A stretch of 63,944 nucleotides of DNA, counting the filler, from Octopus bimaculoides (Eukaryota): NCBI RefSeq assembly GCF_001194135.2. It is 6 parts of 6 records of this genome, joined end to end, with 100 filler letters (N's around TTAATTAATTAA, not from the genome) between each part and the next. Parts side by side here need not be neighbours in the genome. Positions count along the whole stretch, not along the records: positions 32,898 to 46,881 come from NC_068988.1; 5 more parts are not named here. The stretch is one strand, 5' to 3'. Under the pieces are notes generated by a model. The model saw nothing but the letters and a program-made list of their open reading frames with translations, ran no database searches and was not told the origin of the DNA. Every line of letters begins with the position of its first letter. Position 1 is the stretch's first letter. Shown in pieces: positions 33,076-46,861 of the stretch. Made by a program: the position numbers and the translations under genes.

Positions 33076-34624
33076 TAACACACACGCACATGCGCACACG
33101 CACATATGCGTATGCATGAGTACTGTATTATGCTTGAGTATGTTTATGCGAATGTGTTTGAGTACGTGTATGTGTGTGATCATACGTTTATCTGTTATCA
33201 GTTAGGTGTTGCTGTTCACTTGTGTTTATACCTGGGTAGATAGTTTCATGCACGCTTGTTTATATGTATTGGAATATTTTTTAATACGTACGATAGTGTT
33301 AGCCTGTCTTTCCTTGTGTGTATATATGAGTGTATGCCTCTATGTGTGTCTCTTCTTGCTTGAGAATCCAATAAAATTCTTATCAGGCAACAAAATTATA
33401 TATAAAAAAAAAGATACATTCATTTGCATTTGAAGCCTTAAGTGTGTTGTCAGACACATACTCTAATTGGAGGATGTATTACTATATACATGAATATATA
33501 CATACATACATACATACATAAATGTACACATACATATACATACGTACATAAATATATACATATATATACATACGTACATAAATATATACATATATATACA
33601 TATATATACATATATANNNNNNNNNNNNNNNNNNNNNNNNNNNNNNNNNNNNNNNNNNNNNNNNNNNNNNNNNNNNNNNNNNNNNNNNNNNNNNNNNNNN
33701 NNNNNNNNNNNNNNNNNNNNNNNNNNNNNNNNNNNNNNNNNNNNNNNNNNNNNNNNNNNNNNNNNNNNNNNNNNNNNNNNNNNNNNNNNNNNNNNNNNNN
33801 NNNNNNNNNNNNNNNNNNNNNNNNNNNNNNNNNNNNNNNNNNNNNNNNNNNNNNNNNNNNNNNNNNNNNNNNNNNNNNNNNNNNNNNNNNNNNNNNNNNN
33901 NNNNNNNNNNNNNNNNNNNNNNNNNNNNNNNNNNNNNNNNNNNNNNNNNNNNNNATATATACATGCATGCATACATACAAACATACATATAATGTGTGTA
34001 TGTGTTCGTGTTAATTACTGATATTTCGAATCAAACATACACATTTCTAATTAGTTATTGAATTCAGTAAATTACAAATATTATAATGACTGTACATGTA
34101 TTTTTGGGAAACTGTGTTTTCATGCATATATGTCTATCTTCCTATGCGCTCGTATATACATGTATGTATAACTGTATGTTTTTTTAATCTGAATTTATAG
34201 AGGTTTGTTGTGTGCATTTAAAAAATTAATATAATTATAACAGAGATTTATCAGCTTTGCAATTTGTAAAGATTAGTACTCGTTACATATTTGAGTAGTG
34301 TTTGCAGGATTAGCAGAAATGCTAGAGAGGCAGACAAAATGCATTGCCCTCTTTCTTCCAACTATTCACATTCTGCGTTTGCACTTATATCGAAGGTAAT
34401 TTTATCTTTCCTGTCCTTTAGGATGGTTAAAATGTAGTATTAGTCCATTACTGGGATCGATTTAAATGTTTGTAATCTTCCCCTGAATCTTCTGGTCGTG
34501 TTTCTTAGCTAGGAAGTGTTATATATTGTATAATGTTATTTTCTGCTAAGATAGGATAACTTCTCACATTCAAACTCACACGTAAATTTCATAAAGACAC
34601 GGCATACTAATCATCTGTTATACC

Positions 34625-34820
34625 ATATGCACAAGAGCTGAAATTTTGAGAGACGGGGGCCAGACGACTGCATCGACCCAAGAACGCGACTGGTACTGGT
34701 TTTATCGACCCCGAAAGGATGAAGAGAAAAGTCAACTTCGGCGGAATTTGAACCGAAAACTTAAAGAAATGCTGAAGAACATTGTCCTGCGTGGCAACAA
34801 TTCTGCCAGCTCGCCACTTC
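34625..34820 (-). mobile_element. tRNA-derived SINE (Nin-like family)
   Basis: Contains ATCGACCCCGAAAGGATGAAGAGAAAAGTCAACTTCGGCGGAATTTGAAC. Confidence 0.75.
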
Positions 34821-34828
34821 AATATAGG

Positions 34829-35240
34829 CGTAGGAGTGGTTGTGTGGTAAGTAGCTTGCTTACCAACCACATGGTTCCGGGTTCAGTCCCACTGCGTGGC
34901 ACCTTGGGCAAGTGTCTTCTACTATAGTCTCGGGCCGACCAAAGCCTTGTGAGTGGATTTGGTAGACGGAAACTGAAAGAAGCCCGTCGTATATATGTAT
35001 ATATGTATGTATGTGTGTGTGTCTGTATGTTTGTGCGTCTGTGTTTGTCCCCCAACATCGCTTGACAACCGACGCTGGTGTGTTTACGTCCCCGTAACTT
35101 AGTGGTTCGGCAAAAGAACCGGTAGAATAAGTACTAGGCTTCCAAAGAATAAGTCCTGGGGTCGATTTGCTCGACTAAAGGTGGTGTTCCAGCATGGCCA
35201 CAGTCAAATGACTGAACAAGTAAAAGAGTAAAAGAGTAAT
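34829..35240 (+). mobile_element. Full-length tRNA-derived SINE with Pol III A/B boxes
   Basis: A box GGTTGTGTGGTAAG, B box GGTTCAGTCCC, CORE-like ACCTTGGGCAAGTG, an internal (TG)n, and a GTAAAAGA-type tail. Confidence 0.88.
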
Positions 35241-36169
35241 ATTAATAATACAAATAATAAACGAGTAATGTAAATTTACATATCTTGCAACAGGGATTTA
35301 ACTACTGAATGTTTATTATTATCCATGAAAACGTCACGTCTCTGAAACCAAATATAATTTTTCTGAACATAAATCATTACGCTATTGGTAAACAAATTTT
35401 TCACCATTCCTCGCTTAAATAATCGAATCAGATTCGTTTAAAGACATCAAAGAATAATGGCCGTTTATAATGGACAAATACGAATTTAATACAAATTAAA
35501 AGGTCATCATGAATAACCCTTCCATTATTTTTTTTCCTGTTTTCGTGACGTCAGTAGAGCTAATTGTAGAGAACCATAAATCTGGTTCATGATTATGACG
35601 GAGATTTAACAGTTTTCTCCAAATTGCAGATATTGATGTTCTGAGAGCGGCGTGCTAGGACAATCATGAATGCTTTAAAAAATATATAATTTACAGTAGT
35701 TGTAACGGTTTTTATATCCCGATTTCAAATCCCGTCGAGATCAACTTTGCATTTCAGTGTCAATAAAATACAAATCAAGTAATTGAATTCATGACATCGG
35801 CTAATTCGCTCTTCGTCTTAAGACATGTTAACACAGGGCAGTTGCTTGGTGTCTTCACGAGTCTCAGGGACCTAAATACCATCTGTAGACTCTGTGGCGT
35901 ATTGTCAGTGAATACCTTCATGCCCAATGCATTGATTTGCCTAGAGATCTTACGGGTCTAGCAGCCCAATTCTACTCTACTTATTCTGTTGCTTGCTGTC
36001 AATAAATAAATACTATAGGACCCAGTGCATTGATTTGCCCAGGGTCCGTAATGCTGCTAGGACAGCCCTACCCTGATGGGGCTCATAAAATAAATAACCA
36101 GTCAATTACTGGGTTCAATTTAATTTACTAACTCTTCGTTTAATTTTCTTGTCTTTTTCCTATGTTGTG

Positions 36170-36450
36170 AGGACACGTGGCTTAGTGGTAAGGGGCATTC
36201 GGCTCAGGATCGCAAGGTCATGAATTCGATTCCAGGCGGTGCATTTGTGCTCGACCAAAATACTTTATTTCACGTTGCTCCAGTCCGCTAATCTGGCAAA
36301 AATGAGTAGTACCAGTATTTCGAAGGGCTAGCCCTGTCGCACCTTGTGTCACGCTGAATCTCCCTGAGAACTACGTTAAGGATACGTGTGTTTGTGGAGT
36401 GCTCAGCCATTTGCACATTCATTTCTCGTGCAGGCTGTTCCGTTGATCTA
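36170..36450 (+). mobile_element. tRNA-derived SINE (family of 10350-10900)
   Basis: Head GTGGCTTAGTGGTAAG...GAATTCGATTCC and body CTGAATCTCCCTGAGAACTACGTTAAGG. Confidence 0.8.
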
Positions 36451-36723
36451 GTTACCTATGTTAGAAATCATATTCTGCAGTACGAATCGACAGATTTACA
36501 AGATCGTTAGAGCGTTGTACAAAATGACACGCGGAAATTTTTGTGGCTCTAATTTCTGAGTTCAAAATCTGCTAATGTCACTGCTGTCTTTCAGCTTCCT
36601 AGGGTCGATAAGATTACTAGCTAACACTCACCTCTCAGATTTCTGGTCATGTGTTTATGTATTGAAGTCTGCAGATATTTTGCAAAGATCAATTAAAGTC
36701 TACTAATACACACGTGCACGTAA

Positions 36724-36794
<71 letters not shown>
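36724..36794. repeat. (CA)n microsatellite, representative of many dinucleotide, trinucleotide and tetranucleotide arrays in the window
   Basis: Read directly. (AT)n, (AAT)n, (ATC)n, (TCTA)n, (ACAT)n and (CT)n arrays are abundant and flank most N gaps. Confidence 0.95.
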
Positions 36795-36798
<4 letters not shown>

Positions 36799-38131
36799 TT
36801 TGAATTAAAAGGTGTCAGAAATTATCAGGTTTTAAAATAACAAACTGTGGATTATACTTAAAGGAGATATATCGTTGAAATACCTACCAAACTGTTATTC
36901 GTCCAGAGAAACCATCTCTTATAAACGTGTAATGTAAAAAAATCATGGAAACATATAAGCAGCATACAAAAATAATTCAGCAGCCGCGATGGTATTGCTA
37001 CATACATATTTATGCTGCTTGAGCTTCATCAGTAGTAAGTATTTGCTGACAGTGCATGCTAAGAGAAAATCTGCCGTTATTAATACAGTAAAACAATGAT
37101 TGAAAAATCATTGATCTGGCAATTTGCTGGCAATCTGAATAAAAATTCGTTATCAGTGACGGTAGGAGTGCTAGATCAAAATAACAGATATATTGTTCGA
37201 AGTTTGCTAAACTGCAGTGTTCGTGTCGAGAAAGAGTCTGTTATAAATGTACAGTGATGAAATACACAGAAATATATAGCAGTATTTTTTAAACACTATA
37301 CGTCTATAAAGTCTGTTTTATCGAAACAAATTCCGCTAAATAGCAGGCTTTTAACAATAAAATTAATTTAAGTATGATATATTGTTTGTTTTGTTTTTTT
37401 AACTAATTAATACAGCTTCCATCATTAATAAGTAATTTTTTAACGATTTTATTATCTTTAATTTCCCATGTATCTGAATCAGAAGCCATCATTACCGACT
37501 TCTCACAGGCAATGAGCTTGAAGAATCGGTAGGGCGTCGGAAAAGATGTCATATGCCATGGAACTGACTGATACATCTCCTTCTAAACTGCTAATTTTGT
37601 ACTTAAATTGCAAAAATTTGAAGACATTATGAATGACTTCTCAAAAGTTGTATGCTGTCAGAATTATCAGAATATGAGGAAAATGCCTTGCGGTATTATA
37701 TTATCTTCAAATCCTGCCGAAGTCGACTTTGCTTTTATCTTTCCGGTTTCTAAAAAAAAAAAAGAAATACTAGTCAAGTACTGGGATTGAATTATATTGC
37801 ACTCCTTTAGAATTTAGGGTCTTGTTCTAATATTACAAATTATTAAAAGAGATGAGGCAGAATTTGAAGAGCGACGGATTTTGCGGTATTCGGTTTCAAT
37901 ATTTTTTGTATTGGGTTCAAACCCACTGTCATCCTTCTGTGAGCGATAAAATAAAATATAGTTTTTTTTCTTTCTTTCTTTCTTTCTGTTACTTTGCATT
38001 TCCCACGCTTTTGTGCAGCGTCACATTTTATCGTCCTCTGTCATACACAATCTTTTTGCGAACACTTAGTGGTTGATAAACTAGCAGCAGCAGCAGCAGA
38101 AGCAGCAGCAGAAGCAGCAGCAGCAGCAGAG

Positions 38132-38170
<39 letters not shown>

Positions 38171-38184
38171 ACTGCTATTTACAG

Positions 38185-38221
<37 letters not shown>

Positions 38222-38235
38222 TATCATTATTATTA

Positions 38236-38288
<53 letters not shown>

Positions 38289-39054
38289 GTTCAGTGGTTT
38301 TATTTTTTTTAACGTGCTTTCACATCACTACCGAGCGCAGCTCTGTGTGCCTTGGGTATGTGCTGTGGTTTGCTGTGGTGCTCTTATGTTTACTGTATTG
38401 AAAGTGTTTTGCGTAGGATGTGTGCAGTGCCCAGTAGTGCAATTTTCTGTATGTTATATATATTTGTAAGTCCTGGTGTTTTTGTTATGTATTTGTCTGA
38501 ATATTTTTTTATACCTAAGGCACCTNNNNNNNNNNNNNNNNNNNNNNNNNNNNNNNNNNNNNNNNNNNNNNNNNNNNNNNNNNNNNNNNNNNNNNNNNNN
38601 NNNNNNNNNNNNNNNNNNNNNNNNNNNNNNNNNNNNNNNNNNNNNNNNNNNNNNNNNNNNNNNNNNNNNNNNNNNNNNNNNNNNNNNNNNNNNNNNNNNN
38701 NNNNNNNNNNNNNNNNNNNNNNNNNNNNNNNNNNNNNNNNNNNNNNNNNNNNNNNNNNNNNNNNNNNNNNNNNNNNNNNNNNNNNNNNNNNNNNNNNNNN
38801 NNNNNNNNNNNNNNNNNNNNNNNNNNNNNNNNNNNNNNNNNNNNNNNNNNNNNNNNNNNNNNNNNNNNNNNNNNNNNNNNNNNNNNNNNNNNNNNNNNNN
38901 NNNNNNNNNNNNNNNNNNNNNNNNNNNNNNNNNNNNNNNNNNNNNNNNNNNNNNNNNNNNNNNNNNNNNNNNNNNNNNNNNNNNNNNNNNNNNNGATTTA
39001 TTGTTTCTTGTCCATCTCCACAAATTCTGCAGTTACTTGTTATGTTTCTTCTTT
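38289..39054 (-). mobile_element. R4/Dong-like RLE retrotransposon, 5'-truncated, spanning a gap, inside (AAT)n
   Basis: The 5' end reads NCRICGDGQETIN (start of the CCHC knuckle). The 3' part reads GALGIKK...IQKIALLGTAHILRKTLS, with the same 3' UTR as 43581-43982. Confidence 0.85.
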
Positions 39055-39056
39055 AC

Positions 39057-39113
<57 letters not shown>

Positions 39114-41475
39114 CAACATCGTCGTCGTTGTTGTTGTTGTTATTATTGACATAATAGAGACCCGGGAAAATGCTTTGTTTTATTTTGTTCCAGTTCTTTC
39201 CTCTCTGAATTCCATACACTGCCAAAGTCAACTTTGCCTCTCCTTCCTCCAAGGTCAACAACACGATATATCAATGAAATATTCGAGTCGATGTAATCGA
39301 CTCACCTCTTCCACTCAAATTTTCTTGGTTCAAGTTTAAATCAGAAAGTTATTATTATCACAAATAGAAAGTTATTATTATCACAAAAGTTCTATGATAC
39401 CAAAGCTGAGGAACAAATATACAAACTTCGTGAATTGTCGAAAAAAAATCTATAAAATTGTGGTTGCAACAATATTATAATAAATATAAGATGTGTTATA
39501 AATATAAATATAATAAATATAAGATGTGTTATAAATATAAATATAATAAATATAAGATGTGTTATAAATATAAATATAATAAATATACACATAACTTTTG
39601 GTAACAACAGAAGCGAAAATATTTAACCAATGCAAAATGTTTAAAATGGTAAAAAAATTCATTTGGGTAAATTTCAGATTTTTTTTTTTTTCTTCTGACG
39701 AAATGGAAAGGATTACCTTTGGGTATTTACGCCAATATGATTGTATTGATTTATGTGACATCGATTGTGTCTCCTGGTTTTACTTTTTGCATTGACTGAT
39801 TGATCTCGTATAACAGTAATGACCTGAAGGCCTCTTTCTAACACAACGGGCATCACGTCACTTTCACACGATCAATCATTTATTTTCATTAAAGGACGCT
39901 GTTTTTTTTTTACCTATTTTGTTTTTATGCTATTCACTTCACGGAGGTAAGAGCACAACTCGGTGAATTTTGTTCAATTTTGTTGTTGGAAAAGCGTTTT
40001 ATTACAAAAGAAAAAAATTCGATTGAATTACCATGCATATGTTTCAGTAAACATGTTTAAAGTGTTGAACAACAACAACAACAAAAACAATAACAGACAC
40101 TCATTTTCTAATGTATTGGTTATGCGTTNNNNNNNNNNNNNNNNNNNNNNNNNNNNNNNNNNNNNNNNNNNNNNNNNNNNNNNNNNNNNNNNNNNNNNNN
40201 NNNNNNNNNNNNNNNNNNNNNNNNNNNNNNNNNNNNNNNNNNNNNNNNNNNNNNNNNNNNNNNNNNNNNNNNNNNNNNNNNNNNNNNNNNNNNNNNNNNN
40301 NNNNNNNNNNNNNNNNNNNNNNNNNNNNNNNNNNNNNNNNNNNNNNNNNNNNNNNNNNNNNNNNNNNNNNNNNNNNNNNNNNNNNNNNNNNNNNNNNNNN
40401 NNNNNNNNNNNNNNNNNNNNNNNNNNNNNNNNNNNNNNNNNNNNNNNNNNNNNNNNNNNNNNNNNNNNNNNNNNNNNNNNNNNNNNNNNNNNNNNNNNNN
40501 NNNNNNNNNNNNNNNNNNNNNNNNNNNNNNNNNNNNNNNNNNNNNNNNNNNNNNNNNNNNNNNNNNNNNNNNNNNNNNNNNNNNNNNNNNNNNNNNNNNN
40601 NNNNNNNNNNNNNNNNNNNNNNNNNNNNNNNNNNNNNNNNNNNNNNNNNNNNNNNNNNNNNNNNNNNNNNNNNNNNNNNNNNNNNNNNNNNNNNNNNNNN
40701 NNNNNNNNNNNNNNNNNNNNNNNNNNNNNNNNNNNNNNNNNNNNNNNNNNNNNNNNNNNNNNNNNNNNNNNNNNNNNNNNNNNNNNNNNNNNNNNNNNNN
40801 NNNNNNNNNNNNNNNNNNNNNNNNNNNNNNNNNNNNNNNNNNNNNNNNNNNNNNNNNNNNNNNATGTATGTATGTATGTATGCATGCACAAATATATATA
40901 TTATTAATATTTAGCAGAAATAACAGATTTACTCAAGGTCAAAGAGTTTCGTAGAAACACAAAATCGAATTGATATTGATTCTTATTGATCGATGTCTGA
41001 AAAATAAAGATACCATTTATCTTTTACCGTATTTGTACTCAATGACTCCAAACCCTCCAATCGAAATAGTAAGATCAGCTAGTTGTTGTTTAACTTCAAT
41101 TCAACCTTGAATGAGCACAGCCCGATAATAAACATTCCATATATGACTGTATTGAAAGAGAAAAAAATCATAGATAATAAAATCTAACGTTTCTTTTATG
41201 CTTAAGACAGTTGTGTAGTGAGATATGAGGGAAACCAGGATACTGCTTCTAGCAAGTTCAACCGTCACGGTGAGACCTTCATTGTTGGCAGAAGAACTGC
41301 CGTTCTACTGCCTTGCGTTACGGAACCAGCCACCTAGTAGGCCAATAATAATTTTTTCTGACTAAACACAGGGCACTACGTTGTGAGAGGAGAGGAAACA
41401 AAATTTAGCTTGTCAAGCGATTTTCCATTGATGGTGGCCATATTTACACCACTAATCATCATCATCATTATTATC

Positions 41476-42125
41476 ATATGTTTGACTTTTGCTTTGTATT
41501 TGTACAAGTTGACTCCAAGTCTCACTCAGAGGCCTCAAGAGACAACAATTAACAGTTTAAGTTGGTATTATGCCTAGGATGTCATATATTTGGTTTTGCA
41601 CATAGTATTGTTCTAGAGAATGTTTGAGAAAATTATAAGTTTGTTTTAAAATTTAAAATTACACAGACAGCATTTTACGTAGGATATGGGCAGTTCCCAT
41701 GAGTACTATCTTTTGAATTTCTGCCATTTGAGGGTTTCCTGGTATCAGAGCTAGGTAGGAATCAGCCCCTTTTGCTATAATTCCTAGGGCATCTATGACA
41801 ACAGGTATTGCTTTAGTTTTCAGATTCCACATTTTGCTAATTTCTATTTCAAGATCTTTATACTTGCTCAGTGTTTGGTAGGTCTTGACATATACGTTTA
41901 TATCGATTGAGACAGTCCTATCAATGAGAAGGCATGATTTTTGTCTGAAGTCTTTCAATATGATGTCTAGCCTATTCGCATCTATCTTTCTGTCAGTTTG
42001 AACTATGAAGTTCCGGAGGAGTGATATGTGATCATTTTCAAGCACTGGAGGTGGTTTGTGTTCCCACCAGCTTTTATCATGGAGCAGGTCCAGGTTTTTG
42101 CAAATTACCCAGCTTTAACACATAC
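41476..42125 (-). mobile_element. R4/Dong-like RLE retrotransposon 3' end (second subfamily)
   Basis: Reads WWEHKPPPVLENDH...QTDRKIDANRLDIILKD...LLID...SKYKDLEIEISKMW...IPVVI.ALG...IQKIVLMGTAHILRK, a PD-(D/E)xK restriction-like endonuclease domain. Confidence 0.88.
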
Positions 42126-43519
42126 CTTTTGCTTGATAGTCTATGATAGTATCGATGTCAACTATGGTTTTCATATTTTTTTTCTTTAATTTTCGGATTT
42201 TTGTTGATTTGATAGTCTTGTCGTACACAAAGCATAAAACATCAATCGTCAGCTTTTGTAGGGGGCCTCACTAACAATTCTCTAATGGGGCACCACGCTT
42301 CTTAGTGTCTACCCTAACAATATATGACAGGATAATAACATTGCATTGATATAGCAAACAGGAATATTATAAAATTGTCTTAGCTTGTGAATGACCTATT
42401 GCAATTCTGTTAGGTATAGATTCTAATGATACGAATCCGTACAGCTGAGCTCTTTTAGTTCATTTTCAAAATACGAAACTTTCAGTGGTGTCTTCACTAC
42501 CTAGTTGTTTATAGGATTAATCATCAGCATTCGATAATATATAATGCATCTACTCCTATAATAGTATTAGGTACTTCAAGGAAATGTATTATATTAACTT
42601 AGGGGTAGTAGATTGAATCAACTTACTAGGTGACTGATGATAATGATGGTAGTCCCACGTAATCCAAGAAAGACGGCTCTGCAATTTCATACTGAGCTAC
42701 TCGCACAAATTATTTACGTATTTATGGTGACAAAATGAATGCGCTTTCCATTAGTTCACACACTCCATCAAATCGACCTTGCCTGAATACTTGCACGATG
42801 TGCAACTTGTCAGGTGTCGAAGTGATCACAGACCAACCGAAGATGAAGAGTTTTGCTCAAGAACACAACGCGCTTCACGTGATCTTGAATGCAACACCCT
42901 AACCACTTGGCCATACACCCTCACACTATGTGACTAGTACTTATCTAATAGATCTTACAATAATGAAAGAGACTCGGTTAACGTCCCCCAGGGTTTGAAC
43001 TCACTGGAGCTTAGAATCAAACTACTTTAAACAACGTAAAGCATCCGGTGGACTCTTTATGGTATATCATAACGGTGATATCCCCATTATAATATAATGC
43101 ATCCGATTGATATTTTTTTATACAAATACTCTAATCGCTACTTCACCATGATTACTCTACACCTTGCTGGTTGATTATCAATAAAATATGACAGGTTACT
43201 CACATGGAAATTGCATATAGTGTTGTCATTCCTGCTTGGATGTAAAACAGTTGCCGTTGTCCACAAATGATTTGTTTTCTAATACTGTTCATATTAATAC
43301 TTTTTCCGACAGTCGGTGAATTCCATGTGCTTGGTCTGATCATAATGGTTGTAATGGTGATGGTGATGATAATTCTTATGGATATGGCAATGGTAGGAGT
43401 GGTGAACGATTGCGTAATCAACGACGATGTTGTTAGTGGAACTAGTGATACCAGTAGTTGTGTGAATCACACTGTTCCCAGCGATAATAGCCACACACAA
43501 TGAATTGATGATGATGATG

Positions 43520-43580
<61 letters not shown>

Positions 43581-43581
<1 letters not shown>

Positions 43582-43982
43582 GAAAAAAAAGGGGAAAAAT
43601 TCTTTCTAATTGATGTATCAATACCAGCAGATGACAACGTTTCCCTAAAAGTAATGGAAAAACTTTCAAAATACAAAGACCTGGAAATAGAGGTAACTCG
43701 AATGTGGAATCTAAAAACAGAAACAATTCCTATCATAGTAGGTGCCTTAGGTATAATTAAAAAAATATTCAGACAAATACATAACAAAAACACCAGGACT
43801 TACAAATATATATAACATACAGAAAATTGCACTACTGGGCACTGCACACATCCTACGCAAAACACTTTCAATACACCAACCATAAGAGCATCACAGCAAA
43901 CCACAGCACATGCCCAAGGCACACAGAGCTGTGCTCTGTAGTGAAGTGAAAGCACGTTAAAAAAAAAATAAAACTACTGAAC
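43581..43982 (+). mobile_element. R4/Dong-like RLE retrotransposon 3' end inside (AAT)n
   Basis: Reads FFLIDVSIPADDNVSLKVMEKLSKYKDLEIEVTRMWNLKTETIPIIVGALG...GTAHILRKTLS. (AAT)n arrays lie at 43521-43580 and 43983-44084. Confidence 0.88.
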
Positions 43983-44086
<104 letters not shown>

Positions 44087-44610
44087 TGTCGGTAGTAAAG
44101 AGGTGACAATGGCGGAGACAGTAAGGGGTGGTAACAGCAGGGTTAGTAAAGACTGTATTAGAAACAGTCTAACGATGGAAGGAATGTAAAGTGATAATGA
44201 TATTTATTATATTAATAGGTTAATAAATTATTCTTGTGTAACAATGGTGTTGATATTAATATTAATGTTTCTGAAGATGATATAGAATAGTGAAGAATGA
44301 TAGTGGTGAGAAAGACTCTAATAGTATAATAAGCCATTTTGGTCTATGAAGTGAACAGAACTATTTGTAGGAATAGAGTAATAGAATAGAGGGGTTGATT
44401 CGTTGGTGCGTAGCATGGTGACAGCGATGGTTTTAGTAATGTAATTAGACAATAAAATGAATTTGTTCTATGAATATGCGTTCGTGAGTTTGTAGAAATA
44501 AATACATGTATCATTCAAACGATCTACATCCATCCGTTCTCCGTTCATCGATCCATCGATCCACCCATCCACATACATACACACATACATACATACATAC
44601 ATACATACAT

Positions 44611-45001
44611 ATGTGATTGTTGGGGCATTGGGATATGTAACGAACTGCCTCAACAAAAACCTGGAAAAATTAGGGTTCTCAAAAGCTGAAAGAAAAAGGC
44701 TGATTAGAAGACTACAGATTCAAGCCATCAATGGAACTGTAAAGATATGTAAAACTTTCCAAATATTTAGCACATAACTACATATGCATACGCCTAGACA
44801 TGAAAATATAGACATAAAAACGCATCCAGAAAACAAACATAAAAATCTGCGCATACACTAACACCAAATACTGCACACACACACATATGCACAAATACCT
44901 AGATGATGTTGATAAAAGTTCCAATGAAGGAGCCTTGAATCTATGTTAGAGTCCGGCTCTTTCTCTATGGACAAGAAATACAGAAATGAAACTGATTGAT
45001 A
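44611..45001 (+). mobile_element. RLE-type retrotransposon 3' end of a third family, inside (ACAT)n
   Basis: Reads VIVGALGYVTNCLNKNLEKLGFSKAERKRLIRRLQIQAINGTVKICKTF*. (ACAT)n arrays lie at 44571-44610 and 45002-45017. Confidence 0.7.
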
Positions 45002-45017
45002 ACATACATACATACAT

Positions 45018-45880
45018 GTTGTTCGTCCGTCGGAACGACGAGGACCATCTGATCATCCTAAATTGGGGTTGGGAGGTCATCATTGGTGAGTTCGGAGATG
45101 GCTGATAAGCCCAATCCGCGCTTGGAAAGATCTGCTGCAGTAGGGACAGGGAATGGTAGTAGGTGCCGGGGGCTTCAAAGCATTGTTCTTTCTGTTCTGC
45201 CTGNNNNNNNNNNNNNNNNNNNNNNNNNNNNNNNNNNNNNNNNNNNNNNNNNNNNNNNNNNNNNNNNNNNNNNNNNNNNNNNNNNNNNNNNNNNNNNNNN
45301 NNNNNNNNNNNNNNNNNNNNNNNNNNNNNNNNNNNNNNNNNNNNNNNNNNNNNNNNNNNNNNNNNNNNNNNNNNNNNNNNNNNNNNNNNNNNNNNNNNNN
45401 NNNNNNNNNNNNNNNNNNNNNNNNNNNNNNNNNNNNNNNNNNNNNNNNNNNNNNNNNNNNNNNNNNNNNNNNNNNNNNNNNNNNNNNNNNNNNNNNNNNN
45501 NNNNNNNNNNNNNNNNNNNNNNNNNNNNNNNNNNNNNACGAGTGAGCACTTCTGTGTCTGGTATCCTTTGCTGCCAGCTTATTCCAAGTAGTTTCCTCAG
45601 CCTGGTGGTGTGGAAGTGATTTAGTTTTTTGGCGTGGCGTTGGTAGACGGTCCACGACTCACATCCATAGAGTAGGGTGGTGAGTACGACAGCTTTGTAG
45701 ACCTTGATCTTTGTCATGGAGGTGATGCCTCTTCTGTCCGAAGGCAGCACTTGCTTTGGCGAGTCTGGTCTTGATCTCATTGTCCGTGACTATATTGCGG
45801 GAAAGCGTACTGCCAAGGTAGGTGAATTTGTCAACCGCGTTGAGTCTTTGCCCGTTGATGGAAATGTTGGGTTCTACATA
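45018..45880 (-). mobile_element. RTE-BovB-like LINE 3' portion
   Basis: Reads GQRLNAVDKFTYLGSTLS...TKIKVYKAVVLTTLLYGCESWT...CPYCSRSFQARIGLISHLRTH*, with 3' UTR GGTCCTCGTCGTTCCGACGGACGAAC. Confidence 0.9.
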
Positions 45881-46345
45881 TAAACGAGAGGTAATCTCAC
45901 GGTTTTTTTCCCCAACTAACTTAATACCACAGCAAATAAAAAAAAAATTGAACCACTGTCAAAGAGATTATTGTCAACTATTGTCATCCTAGTGTCAAAT
46001 TAAAAGCCGAACTCGAAGCAATTCAATGGTGCTACATCAAGGTTGCTTCATTGACGTTTCTGCCAGCTCGCTTCCCCCTTAACATTTCATATATTAAGCT
46101 ATAATAATATTTATTACTTCCACGGCAATGTTTTACCTTTTCTTTTCTCTCTTTATTCCAAGTTTTCTCTCTCGCTCTCTCTCCTTTCTTTTTTTAGCCT
46201 TTCCTTATTACTCACTAACTCTTCCTCCTCTTCCTTTATCTCCTCCCCCTCCCCCCTCTCTCTCAGTCTTTGCCATTCATATTTATAGTTTTTATCCCCT
46301 CTTATTGCTGTACGTTTACGCTTTCAATGATTTCCTTCTGCACTC

Positions 46346-46380
<35 letters not shown>

Positions 46381-46408
46381 CTATTATTCTTTATATTCTT
46401 TTTCCCTC

Positions 46409-46470
<62 letters not shown>

Positions 46471-46830
46471 ACACACACACACATGTATGTATGCAGAATA
46501 TAGGTACAAACGCATTACTACTGCGACATACTCGCATTTAATCAGAACGCCCACACACACACGCATACACACACAAATACCCACATACCCACACATTCAC
46601 TCATACATACAAATACGCTTACACACACGCACACGGATATGCACAGACACACGCACACACAACAAAAGCGCTTGTTTTCTGAAACATGCATACGCCTCCA
46701 CACACATCTGTATACATACATACATACATACATACGTGCACACGCACACACAAATACACACGCACAGACACACATACACATACACATACACATACATGGT
46801 ACCACCAGTACCACCACTACCAGTACCACC

Positions 46831-46861
<31 letters not shown>

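Noticed and set aside
34829-34900. tRNA gene
   Set aside because: It has A and B boxes but no cloverleaf or acceptor stem, and it continues into a multi-copy SINE body.
35627-35642. 14-nt match (AGATATTGATGTTC) to the start of the orphan segment at 11732
   Set aside because: The match is short and AT-rich, does not extend, and has no adjacent telomeric template sequence. It is consistent with chance.
39330-39590. Short tandem arrays (23-bp and 30-bp units) as a CRISPR-like array
   Set aside because: There are no unique spacers. These are AT-rich minisatellites in a eukaryotic context with no cas genes.
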